Origin: Candidatus Gottesmanbacteria bacterium
GTDB lineage: Bacteria > Patescibacteriota > Microgenomatia > UBA10105 > UBA927
Direction of reading: 5' to 3'
Assembly (NCBI GenBank): GCA_023245355.1
Contig: JAHFKN010000002.1
Span: 8,460-72,459 of the forward strand
DNA: 64,000 nucleotides
Part shown: one piece after another, positions 50,141 to 59,240 of the stretch
Layout of the letters: the number at the start of each line of letters is the position of its first letter
Position numbering within the stretch: the first letter of the stretch is position 1
Translations under genes and position numbers: made by a program
The notes under the pieces: generated by a model
The model's database searches: none
Seen by the model: only the letters and a program-made list of their open reading frames with translations
Told to the model about the DNA's origin: nothing

Positions 50141-51545
50141 ATAAGTTGCCCGATGCAGATGCTGACTGCCATGTACTGCGAAGCAAAGACACGTGATCAG
50201 GAGGCAGGTTATACGTATCGCCCCAATCATCCATGACCAGTCTACGAAGTTCCGTAACATCCTGGGGGGACAGTCCTAAATCACTTTTTATTTTCAGCAG
50301 CCCTTCGGGAACTTCACTCTTCTCTTTGAGATATTTCCCGATGGTCAGTATCACGGCAAGTTTTGCTTCATCGCGCGTTCCGACGCATTCAAACGGCTTG
50401 ACGGGTGTCAAACCGACTAATGAGCGGATGTGCTCTATAATCTGAGGATTCGCAAATAAATCAGCGCCGAAACTTATCATCATCTGCTCACGCGACAGGT
50501 ACGGGGACAGACAAAGATAGGTGAATGCGCATTTGGCACACGTCCCGCACCAGACACCGGTCTTACTCCCGACGTTACAACTTCTGAATGTGGTGAAAAA
50601 CCGGGGGTACATCGAAAAAATCAATCCTATCTGCAAATCATTGAGCGGCCGGAGTATGCTGAAATAATTGGCGGCGCCATCAAAAAAATTTGTGCAATAC
50701 TGCCGGAACATCGACTCGAACTGGAAGCTTTTGGAGTACTGATGATTCACCTCCATGCCGCGATACACGACATTTCCCTCATTTGCGCTCTTTTCATTGG
50801 AAACAATGACATGTTCATTGCCATAAAGAACCGCAACCAATATACCTAAGAATGCCAGATACGCCGAAAAGGGTGTGTGCCCGTTTAAGTACCCCGAACG
50901 GTTCAGTTCCATCAGCATCGGATCGATAACCCGATTGATAACCAGCGGAGGCGGAAATCCCGCTTCACGGATATTATCCAGAGCTGCCTGCGTGGGATTC
51001 AGAACCATGGTTTGGAGCGTTCTATCGCTCTGTTTCATCATTCCTAATGTCACTGCAGAATCTTTCCCGCCACCAACGAGGACCAAATCATTTGCAGGCA
51101 TACCGCTGCCCGGTTTCCGTTCCCGCATATTCCCGGCGGCATTGTTGGGAACAGACGCCCCGGGGGAGCATGTAATCCGGAGAAAATCCTTTACCGTAAA
51201 ATCTATCTGATTCTGGTAATAAAATTCTCCCAAACCGTGGATAAATATATCGTACCAGAATCTGATTTGCTCGCCGTTAAGAACTCCTGCCTCAATCACT
51301 AGCTCCTTGGGACACGCAAGCTTCCAATAGCTTATCGCCTCGACAAGACCGAGATGAAACACATACGGCATGAATCTTTCTTCGTCGATGCTTCCGGGAT
51401 AGGGGATGGTAACCACCGAACGGAGTCTGACGTCAGGCTCCAGGAGGAATTCGTACGTCAATTCGATTACATCGCCTCGCTGCAAAACGCCCGCGCGCTT
51501 GTATATCAGTCTGGGATGCTTGAGCCGAAGCTGTTCAAACGTCAT
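50127..51545 (-). CDS. murL: MurL-like UDP-MurNAc-L-Ala-L-Glu epimerase
   Basis: GGGKDS, NGHTPFS, NHQYSKS, SCN, WCGTCAKC and KPFECVG; coupled to murD. Confidence 0.8.
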   Translation of the reverse strand: MTFEQLRLKHPRLIYKRAGVLQRGDVIELTYEFLLEPDVRLRSVVTIPYPGSIDEERFMPYVFHLGLVEAISYWKLACPKELVIEAGVLNGEQIRFWYDIFIHGLGEFYYQNQIDFTVKDFLRITCSPGASVPNNAAGNMRERKPGSGMPANDLVLVGGGKDSAVTLGMMKQSDRTLQTMVLNPTQAALDNIREAGFPPPLVINRVIDPMLMELNRSGYLNGHTPFSAYLAFLGILVAVLYGNEHVIVSNEKSANEGNVVYRGMEVNHQYSKSFQFESMFRQYCTNFFDGAANYFSILRPLNDLQIGLIFSMYPRFFTTFRSCNVGSKTGVWCGTCAKCAFTYLCLSPYLSREQMMISFGADLFANPQIIEHIRSLVGLTPVKPFECVGTRDEAKLAVILTIGKYLKEKSEVPEGLLKIKSDLGLSPQDVTELRRLVMDDWGDTYNLPPDHVSLLRSTWQSASASGNLYAYK

Positions 51546-51564
51546 GGCCCTTATTGTACCAAAA

Positions 51565-53172
51565 TTACGGGGCGACCTCCTGCCAGATGACCGATAAGTC
51601 TTTCATCGTGTCCGGCATGGTCAGAAGAAGCTGCGGATCATACGTAAAAAGCTCTGCAGACGCATTTATGTTGCCGCCGTATGCATCCAGATCCCGCTGA
51701 AGAAGAAAATTGTCAGCGACGAATACGCCGTTTCCGACAAAACGCGCGGTGAGCGCATTGATGCTGGTGCCCGTCTGAATTAGCCCTGACTCATCCGCCT
51801 TGGTGGCTATATAGACTCCCTCTACAACCGGCGTCGTTGATGACCATGTTGTTCCGACGGTGTCTGCGACCGTGATGGTTCCGTTCACGATAAATGCGAT
51901 GAACCCGTTGCCGGTGATATTTATCCTCCCTCCGATTGTAAGATTCCCGTCCACAAGAATCACGACACGTTCATTGGCCCCGATATTCCAGTTCCCGCTC
52001 GTCGTCATGTTACCGACCACATAATACGGACTATCACAGCTTGCCGCCGTACAATTAGACGCCGGCTTGGTAACCGCAGTAAGATTATCAAACGGAGCTG
52101 ATGTTGTCGGCGTAGTGGGAGACCCGAACCGCCTCAGGAAATAATCATAGTAATTCACGGATGTCCTGCCCGCATTCACCTGCCAATTAGTACTGGAAAC
52201 GAGCGTCGCACCTTCGGAAAACGGATCGGAATCGAAATCATACAGCGTCCCGTACGACAATACCCCCGGATATCCGTTTGCTGAATCGGTAACGAACGTC
52301 CGCGGAAGGACTGCGGGAACGAATGACCGGACATTGCCCGACGCATATACATCTCCGCCCTCCGCTTGTACCCATGCCGTTCCCAATGTATATCCTATGT
52401 CCCACCGGAGCGTTTGGTTTGCGGCCAATGTACGCGACAACCCTTGACCCGTCAGTCCCGTCGTTACATTGGTCCAACACGCCCGTGCGTATGCCCAGTC
52501 TGCTGTGGGGGGAATAATATCCATCGTATAGGAACCGGTCACAATATTGGCAAATTGCTCATACACTGCTCCGACCTGAAACTGCGGAATAGGCTGACTT
52601 GCTGACGACGGAGTAAATCCGATAGACGTACCGGTAATATCTAAGTCTGTTGTCGGCACTGCGCGGATAGCTGCACATGACGTATCCGCAGGATCCACCC
52701 GCACTGCCCGCGCCTGAATCGTTCCGACCGGAACGGAGGTGGCCGTCGGTGCAGGAGGCACGGTAGGCTCTGACGGAGGTGTGTTTGTGGCTCCGCCACC
52801 CGGACCCGTAGGGGTACAACAATACTGTGTTTGCCCTAATTGCGGATTATTATTACACACACGGAATTGCCAACAAGCGTCACATGCACCCCACGAACCC
52901 CACCCGGTCGTACAGGAGGATTGATTCGTTGAACAGGTAAAACCACAGAATCCGGTATTATGATTACAAAACGGAGTACACGTCGTCGCTATCCCCGGAA
53001 TACCGTTATCGGCACACAATCCATTCGTACATACGTCACCGCAGGTGCCCGAAGAACAAAGCGGCATCGTCGGGAAGGGAGTACCTCCATACACACCGCC
53101 CTGTGCAGACACTGAAGATCGAAGACACGTCAACACCAACACGACAAGGACAATCCGCTGAAAAAGCCTCAT
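51565..53172 (-). CDS. Secreted protein with Cys-rich N-terminus and beta-rich C-terminal domain
   Basis: Signal peptide, about 14 Cys in residues 39-119, WGSWGAC motif, Pro/Thr linker; ends WQEVAP. Confidence 0.7.
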   Translation of the reverse strand: MRLFQRIVLVVLVLTCLRSSVSAQGGVYGGTPFPTMPLCSSGTCGDVCTNGLCADNGIPGIATTCTPFCNHNTGFCGFTCSTNQSSCTTGWGSWGACDACWQFRVCNNNPQLGQTQYCCTPTGPGGGATNTPPSEPTVPPAPTATSVPVGTIQARAVRVDPADTSCAAIRAVPTTDLDITGTSIGFTPSSASQPIPQFQVGAVYEQFANIVTGSYTMDIIPPTADWAYARACWTNVTTGLTGQGLSRTLAANQTLRWDIGYTLGTAWVQAEGGDVYASGNVRSFVPAVLPRTFVTDSANGYPGVLSYGTLYDFDSDPFSEGATLVSSTNWQVNAGRTSVNYYDYFLRRFGSPTTPTTSAPFDNLTAVTKPASNCTAASCDSPYYVVGNMTTSGNWNIGANERVVILVDGNLTIGGRINITGNGFIAFIVNGTITVADTVGTTWSSTTPVVEGVYIATKADESGLIQTGTSINALTARFVGNGVFVADNFLLQRDLDAYGGNINASAELFTYDPQLLLTMPDTMKDLSVIWQEVAP

Positions 53173-53225
53173 AAGATCAGCCTATCAAAACCGGGACTCG
53201 CTTTCAATACGGGGAGCAAAACGAT

Positions 53226-55553
53226 CTAGCGAATGGTAATCAATGAGGGATATATTAATGTTTGTGCCTCATCTGGGAAAAAATACGTAGTCCATGCAGG
53301 ATCATTTTTATCCTGGAACCGGAAACTCAATGACGATGATGCCGGGGAAAGCATTTTAAATATACCGTCTAACCAATACTTATAATATCTTTCCTCAACA
53401 GCAGGCTTGTTTTTGTTATTAGGAGCTAACAGGGAACCAAAATCTCTATCAACCTGTTTTGATAACGCTTCTAACGACGGTTGAGTGACGTTAAGCGTCA
53501 CAATGGGACCTAGCGTATCGAAAAATCCTTCTTGTGCCCTTACGATAGGTAGTACTTCCAGCCTTGTTCCAGGAGTCGCAGCCTGAGCAAGAAGACGATC
53601 GTATGCATTTCTATTTCCCTCATCTCCCATAATTTCAGGACCACTTGCCGCAAACATTATCTTCCATTCGTCCCCTTTAGGATTACGCGGATTGGCTGGG
53701 TCTAACCACTTCGTTGGAAAAAATTCATATTGAGTTCCATTTGGACTAATCATTGCAAACCACGCATCTATGATCTGAACCGGACTATTTGCTTTGGTTC
53801 TTCCTGGGAATCCCATCGCCTGATTCCGTAAATACGCAAAGCTGGACAACTCACCCGTGTTTGCATTCATCAAAAATTGTTGGAACGCAATTTCCGGTCC
53901 CGGCGTATCTTTCCACCAGGAAACGGCTTCCTCAGAAAATGCTTCAGGAAACTCTACTATTGTCACCCGCAGAGGAATTTCCGCTTTATCATAGGGGATA
54001 ATCACCGGCTTGTGGATATCCGGACTAATCTCCACGGCAAACCATGCTTTTTCCTCCTGTATCCAGTACAGTTTTTTGCCGTCTACTGTCGTCATGACCG
54101 GCGTATTACCATATTCATTTTTGCTGGCGAGATCTTCATGCAGCGTATTCGGATCAACCTGCATAGTTTCCGTCGTCGGCTGTCCCTGAGCATTTAATAC
54201 CTGTACGCTCGTACTGAATTTACCCTCCGCCTCAGCGGTGATAGACGCTTCGAGTCCGCTATGGATTTTCATCGCAGCCGCCTGCTCAGGCGCAAGCCTG
54301 AGAGACTCAATCGAAAACTGTTGCACGATCGCAGGATTTTCCACAAACTGTGCGTCACTTCCCGGCGCGTAGATTACGACGGGCATATGCTCTGCATCGG
54401 CGACACCCCATACGGGATATTCCCCTTTATATCCGCCGATGATACTGTCAGCGGAATACCCGCTCGGAAGGGCAACCCAGATATATTTGGGCGCTTCAGT
54501 CGGGGCAAAATCAAACCATTCCGCATTAGGGTGGTAGGAAACGTTGTCCGCTCCCGCTGCGATGACGGCTACCTCAGTGACTCCGCCGTTTACTCTCGTA
54601 AGCAGCACAAAGTTTTTGCTGTAGTCAGCTGACCAGAATACCTTGGCGCCCTGTTCTCCTGTTACTTTTGCCCCAATTGCCTCTACATTCTTGCTGAACG
54701 CATCCAGCGCATATTCAGGCAACTTCAACGGATTTGCCGCTGTCAGCTGATCCGGTGTCGCACCGGCAGAAAATGAAACCTGGTCAAATATACCGGCATC
54801 ATGGAAATCAGGGTGCGAAGCCAGATCAATCGGCGGAGGAGGAGTTTCCGTCTGAAAGCCGGGCGGGGGAGTCAGAGTTTCCGTGGCTATTGCAGGTGCC
54901 GTTATGGCAGGAGCCGGCCGGGTTTCCGTCACAATGACGGGTGAAGTTGCTGATGGAACAGCGCAGCCGGCTATAAGAGCTGACAAGCTCGCTAGCAGCA
55001 GTGCTCTGCGTTTATTAAACTTTCCGAACGGGATAAGCGCTGCATATGCAACCTCATCAAACGTGCCAAACGGCAATTGCGGCTCGTTTCTGGGGGTTTC
55101 CGTCTGAGCTGTAATGGTGGCCATCTGCACGCGGGTATTGAGCGCTTCAACTGCACGGTTTTCTCTGGCGGCACTGCCGGCCTGCGCTACCCATTGCTCA
55201 CTTTGTCGGGCTTTATGATTTGTTTTGGTCGCTTGGCGCTCTCTGTGGGAATTCGTCCGTGAAACGGGCGCCTGGTCAAAGCCGCCCTGCGGCTGTCCGA
55301 ATGAACTTGAAGGAATTGCTGCTATAGACTTGCCGTGATACACAACCTCGACATGGGAATGCCTGTCTGCGTGGCTGCCGAATCCTAAATCACCGGTAAA
55401 TGTCTGAGAAATAGCCGGCCTGTTGGAAAATATTTCAGCGACTTTTGAATTGTTTACTTCAATAGCGCGCCCTGCGCCCCAAATTGTCGCACCGAGCAAG
55501 ATACCATGCCGTACAGCCCTTCCAAGAGGATACCTCTCTTTATGTTGCTGCAT
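53226..55553 (-). CDS. Large hypothetical surface protein with internal lipobox-like segment
   Basis: 775-aa ORF; KRRALLLASLSALIAGC ending at Cys197, then a Thr/Pro linker. Confidence 0.65.
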   Translation of the reverse strand: MQQHKERYPLGRAVRHGILLGATIWGAGRAIEVNNSKVAEIFSNRPAISQTFTGDLGFGSHADRHSHVEVVYHGKSIAAIPSSSFGQPQGGFDQAPVSRTNSHRERQATKTNHKARQSEQWVAQAGSAARENRAVEALNTRVQMATITAQTETPRNEPQLPFGTFDEVAYAALIPFGKFNKRRALLLASLSALIAGCAVPSATSPVIVTETRPAPAITAPAIATETLTPPPGFQTETPPPPIDLASHPDFHDAGIFDQVSFSAGATPDQLTAANPLKLPEYALDAFSKNVEAIGAKVTGEQGAKVFWSADYSKNFVLLTRVNGGVTEVAVIAAGADNVSYHPNAEWFDFAPTEAPKYIWVALPSGYSADSIIGGYKGEYPVWGVADAEHMPVVIYAPGSDAQFVENPAIVQQFSIESLRLAPEQAAAMKIHSGLEASITAEAEGKFSTSVQVLNAQGQPTTETMQVDPNTLHEDLASKNEYGNTPVMTTVDGKKLYWIQEEKAWFAVEISPDIHKPVIIPYDKAEIPLRVTIVEFPEAFSEEAVSWWKDTPGPEIAFQQFLMNANTGELSSFAYLRNQAMGFPGRTKANSPVQIIDAWFAMISPNGTQYEFFPTKWLDPANPRNPKGDEWKIMFAASGPEIMGDEGNRNAYDRLLAQAATPGTRLEVLPIVRAQEGFFDTLGPIVTLNVTQPSLEALSKQVDRDFGSLLAPNNKNKPAVEERYYKYWLDGIFKMLSPASSSLSFRFQDKNDPAWTTYFFPDEAQTLIYPSLITIR

Positions 55554-55608
55554 AACTATAACCTATAGTAACATTCTTTATTCAATATTGTCAAGTCTGA
55601 TTAGCTAT

Positions 55609-55632
55609 AAAAAACCCGGTTATGAACCGGGT
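55609..55632 (-). terminator. Intrinsic terminator
   Basis: ACCCGGTT-N3-AACCGGGT followed by a T-run on the minus strand. Confidence 0.75.
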
Positions 55633-55648
55633 GGACACGACATGTCAG

Positions 55649-55693
55649 TCACAAAATATCGATATATCGGCGTTGGTGTTCTTGCTGCCTCAT
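55649..55693 (-). CDS. Candidate 14-aa leaderless peptide MRQQEHQRRYIDIL (or small RNA)
   Basis: TTGACA-N19-TATACT promoter 7 nt before the ATG and a terminator just after the stop. Confidence 0.35.
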   Translation of the reverse strand: MRQQEHQRRYIDIL

Positions 55694-55740
55694 TATATAT
55701 AGTATAGGCGGGAGAGCAAACATTCTGTCAAGCGGCAGGT

Positions 55741-56343
55741 TCAACCCAACAGTTCTTTCCATAACAAACCGAGGATAAAGAATATAAAACGGAAAACTAA
55801 ACGGGCGTCTCCCTGCACGGATTTTTGCTTCGCGTAGGCCACATCGCTTTTCATCCACCGGGTAAAGTTTTTATGATATTTGCCTGTCAATATAGCGGGG
55901 GAGATAACACCGGGAAGAATTGCGTGGCGGGCCTGCATCCACGGCTGCAGTGCTTTTGCTTCGGAAACCGGTAACGGCCTGGGCCCTATAAACGCCATCT
56001 CGCCGCGGAAAATATTATAAAGCTGCGGCAGTTCATCCAATCCCGTGTGACTCAAAAATTTTCCGATCCCGGCAAACCGGGGATCATTATGGATCTTAAA
56101 TACCGGGCCATCAGACTCATTTTTTCGGAGCAGGCGGCGCCTCTCATTCTCAGCACCCGTACGCATCGTCCGGAATTTATATATAAAAAACGGTACGCCA
56201 TATCGGCCGATCCGCTGCTGTACATACAGAAACGGCATCCCATCAAACACGACAATCAGCGCTCCGATCAGTGCAAAAACCGGCAGACACAAAATAATGA
56301 ATACAAGCCCCGCAACGCGAATTAACATACGGAATAATTCCAC
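55741..56343 (-). CDS. Bacterial sugar transferase (priming phosphoglycosyltransferase)
   Basis: YKFRTM, DPR, LDELPQ.YN..RGEM..IGPRP. Confidence 0.93.
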   Translation of the reverse strand: MELFRMLIRVAGLVFIILCLPVFALIGALIVVFDGMPFLYVQQRIGRYGVPFFIYKFRTMRTGAENERRRLLRKNESDGPVFKIHNDPRFAGIGKFLSHTGLDELPQLYNIFRGEMAFIGPRPLPVSEAKALQPWMQARHAILPGVISPAILTGKYHKNFTRWMKSDVAYAKQKSVQGDARLVFRFIFFILGLLWKELLG

Positions 56344-56443
56344 ACACTATGATATTTTAGGATTGGTCTATTATAATACTCCGCATAAGACATGACACCC
56401 GGCATACAAATACCGCCGGTAAACCCGCCCGGCATATACGTAT

Positions 56444-57445
56444 ATGATCTACTACTCAAATTCGCCGCTTGAAACGCCGCATATGACGTTCATCGGCCGG
56501 TGGTCTCCGTTTCACAACGGACATAAAGCAATCATCACCAAAAAAATTACGGAAAATCCGCTCCTTCCCGTGCTCATTCTCGTGCGCCACACGCTCACGG
56601 ATCAATATACGGCATCGGCACGGGCTATGTATATCAAACAGTGGATGACAGATCAACATATCAAGGGAACCATCATGATCATCCCGAACGTAGAAGGCGT
56701 GTATTGGGGACGGGGAGTCGGCTACAAAACTGAGCCAGTATCCGTAGATGAAGCCATCACATCCATATCCGGAACGGACATCCGCCGCAGAATGCAGGAC
56801 AAAAAATCTTCCTGGCATAATCTGGTTGCCGTCCCGGAATCTGCGTATTTATTGACCCCCGCCGTTTCATCCATCGTAGAACAGGGACTTGTCGTGTGGC
56901 TGACGGGGTGCCCTTCAAGCGGAAAAACAACGATCGCACGTGCATTTATACACCACGTTGCAGCAACCTACCCGCATCTTAAAACACAGCTTCTTGACGG
57001 AGATGACATGCGTGCTACTCCGGTTGCTGCCGGGGTAGGATTCAGCAAAAAAGACCGGGCAGATCATATCCTGCGGATGGCGTATATCGCAAAAATGTTT
57101 GCCGATCACGGCATTTTGGTCGTATGCGCTTTCGTTTCTCCCGATCGCCGCATACGTATGAAAGCCAAAAAAATCATCGGAAAAAACCGGTATATAGAAG
57201 TGTATGTCCGGGCTTCCAAATCTACCCGGATGAAGCGGGACACCAAGGGCATGTATAAACAAGCAGCGAAAGGCGCTTTACAAAACTTCACCGGATACAA
57301 CGCATTCTATGAAGCCCCTAAAAAACCGGACGTTCTCTGTGATACGGACACGCAGGATGTTTCTTCCTGCGTTACCGCCGTTTCATCCCGTGTGTTTTCC
57401 CGGTCAACTTCGCATACCTCTGATTCGGCCGGCCGGAATAAGTGA
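56444..57445 (+). CDS. cysC: HxGH nucleotidyltransferase fused to adenylyl-sulfate kinase
   Basis: N-domain GRWSPFHNGH...ISGTDIR; C-domain WLTGCPSSGKTT, LDGD.MR, RDTKGMY, FTG...YEAP. Confidence 0.88.
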   Translation: MIYYSNSPLETPHMTFIGRWSPFHNGHKAIITKKITENPLLPVLILVRHTLTDQYTASARAMYIKQWMTDQHIKGTIMIIPNVEGVYWGRGVGYKTEPVSVDEAITSISGTDIRRRMQDKKSSWHNLVAVPESAYLLTPAVSSIVEQGLVVWLTGCPSSGKTTIARAFIHHVAATYPHLKTQLLDGDDMRATPVAAGVGFSKKDRADHILRMAYIAKMFADHGILVVCAFVSPDRRIRMKAKKIIGKNRYIEVYVRASKSTRMKRDTKGMYKQAAKGALQNFTGYNAFYEAPKKPDVLCDTDTQDVSSCVTAVSSRVFSRSTSHTSDSAGRNK

Positions 57446-58360
57446 ATACACTGCGTACCCCAGCAAATATCCCAGCCTGACACCTGACCTGTATACGGCA
57501 GCCAGTACGGAAAAAGGTCTTTTGCCGTACAAATTACCGGAATGCGCACTGTTGCCAGCCGCATGGTTCAGACCGCGTGTCAGAAGATAATACGATAGCG
57601 TAAATTCCCGGTCAGAAAAATACAGACGCTGGAACAGTGCCGCCGCTCTTCCATAGCTGTATGCCGCCTTCATTTCTTCCGTAAAAACTACCTGATGCGT
57701 CGTGTGCATCACTTTTACCGACGGGGCAAACAGCAGGGGAATATGACGCGCAATACACCGGTATGCCAGATCATCCTGCTCCCCGATAAACGGGAAAACT
57801 TCAGCGTTAAACGGGCCGTCGAGTTTGGAAAACACGGACCGGTAAGAAAACATATTTCCGGCTAACAGTGTCACGAGGCGGGTGCCCGGCGCTGAGTTCT
57901 GCCCCATGCCGGATGCCGCCGCGTCGCGGGCGAATGTTTCGCGTTTAAGGTCTTCCAATTCGCCCCGGCGGGTATACCGCTGTGTTGCGTGCCCCTGATA
58001 CACCCCGCGGGGATACTTTTTTTTGTCATTTAGGAGAGTGAGCTTAATATGCAAAACCCAGTCGGAAGCCACAAAGCTGTCGTCATCGAGGAATGCCACA
58101 CCCTCTTTTGTCGCATGCCGGAACCCCGTATTCCGGGCCCAGGAAGCGCCTTTTCTGGGTTCGTTAAGATACATGACGGATTTGTTCATATTGGCTCCTG
58201 CCGCGTCATATCTTTCGGCTGAATTTATCACGATGATGACTTCATCGCGTTCGGTAATCTGAGGCAGAAGATGAGAAAGGCAAACGGATAATGATTCCGG
58301 CCGCTTATTGGTAGGAATAATCACGGAAACTGACATTGTCTCTGTACGAAGACGCTGCAT
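57404..58360 (-). CDS. Glycosyltransferase family 2
   Basis: SVIIPT, GASWARNTG, FLDDD and GEQDDL; start may be 58336. Confidence 0.88.
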   Translation of the reverse strand: MQRLRTETMSVSVIIPTNKRPESLSVCLSHLLPQITERDEVIIVINSAERYDAAGANMNKSVMYLNEPRKGASWARNTGFRHATKEGVAFLDDDSFVASDWVLHIKLTLLNDKKKYPRGVYQGHATQRYTRRGELEDLKRETFARDAAASGMGQNSAPGTRLVTLLAGNMFSYRSVFSKLDGPFNAEVFPFIGEQDDLAYRCIARHIPLLFAPSVKVMHTTHQVVFTEEMKAAYSYGRAAALFQRLYFSDREFTLSYYLLTRGLNHAAGNSAHSGNLYGKRPFSVLAAVYRSGVRLGYLLGYAVYSLIPAGRIRGMRS

Positions 58361-58380
58361 GGTTTGATTATGAACGCAAA

Positions 58381-58647
58381 TTAGCTATTCACGCGAATCA
58401 GAAGACCGTCACGGATATATTGTGTGACAAAGTCGCGCACGTCATGCTCAGCCTGAGAGACGGGAATTCCGTACTTAGTAGCAATTTGACTGATAAGCCG
58501 GTCTATAACAACGGGTTTTTTTGTCCGCTGCCAGATGTCACCGGCGGTCTGGTTCAGCTGACGGAGATATTTCCTGTTTTTTTCCAGAAGAACCCATGAG
58601 GAACCGATGCGGCGGCTGACAACGTGGGGACTCTGTTGAACGATCAT
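58381..58647 (-). CDS. PqqD-family / RiPP recognition element (RRE) protein
   Basis: 88 aa; LNQTAGDIW, I...IATKYGI....AEHDVRDFV......GLL. Confidence 0.88.
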   Translation of the reverse strand: MIVQQSPHVVSRRIGSSWVLLEKNRKYLRQLNQTAGDIWQRTKKPVVIDRLISQIATKYGIPVSQAEHDVRDFVTQYIRDGLLIRVNS

Positions 58648-58659
58648 GAACGCTGTAGA

Positions 58660-58749
58660 TTATGTCTCAACCAACATTACGGTTATCTTGCTTCGGGTAT
58701 CAGAAGGCTTCTGATATTTGACCACTTTCACCTGAGATTTTTTCTTCAT
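58660..58749 (-). CDS. Candidate RiPP precursor/leader peptide, 29 aa (MKKKSQVKVVKYQKPSDTRSKITVMLVET)
   Basis: Translated by hand; YQKP motif; GAGGGGG SD and TTGACA-N18-TACGCT promoter upstream; stop 12 nt before the PqqD start. Confidence 0.62.
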   Translation of the reverse strand: MKKKSQVKVVKYQKPSDTRSKITVMLVET

Positions 58750-58844
58750 AACACAAATACCCCCTCTTCATAAGAGAGCGTAACAAAACCATCACGGAAT
58801 TGTCAAGCTAATACGCACATATTTCTCGTTGCGTTTTGGCCGGT

Positions 58845-59207
58845 TCAGATCAGGACTTTTCCGATAAAATTGCCCTGTCTCACCCTGTATGTATCGGGTG
58901 TCATAAACTTGTCACCCTTGGTTACGACTGCCTTTTGTCCCTTTACCAGTAACACTTTTATAACCCTGTGAACGATTATTTTCCGCCGCTTGCGGACTAC
59001 GTACGCGATAATGTCGTTTGTCTGTATAACATCAAACGGAACGCGGAAAATCCTGACTTCCTGAGTCACGCGTATAGCAGGCTCCATGCTGTCTGAAGCT
59101 GCCGTTGCCGTAAACGACTGGCCCATGGGCAGCAGTTTTGCCAATTGGATGATACTGTCCTGCGAATGCTGTAAGATGATATCGCGCTTGACTGGCGTCC
59201 CGTGCAT
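58845..59207 (-). CDS. S24/S26 family serine peptidase (Ser-His type, no TM anchor)
   Basis: SDSMEP, DII.Y, IVHRVI, TKGD and IGKV; start uncertain (59207 or 59279). Confidence 0.8.
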   Translation of the reverse strand: MHGTPVKRDIILQHSQDSIIQLAKLLPMGQSFTATAASDSMEPAIRVTQEVRIFRVPFDVIQTNDIIAYVVRKRRKIIVHRVIKVLLVKGQKAVVTKGDKFMTPDTYRVRQGNFIGKVLI

Positions 59208-59240
59208 ATACAATCGTATCGTATCAAATAGCCGCTCACC

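Noticed and set aside
58381-58749. PQQ biosynthesis or a canonical lasso peptide cluster
   Set aside because: No pqqB/C/E and no ExxxY in the peptide; no asparagine-synthetase-like cyclase or B2 protease; the peptide has no lasso-type core.
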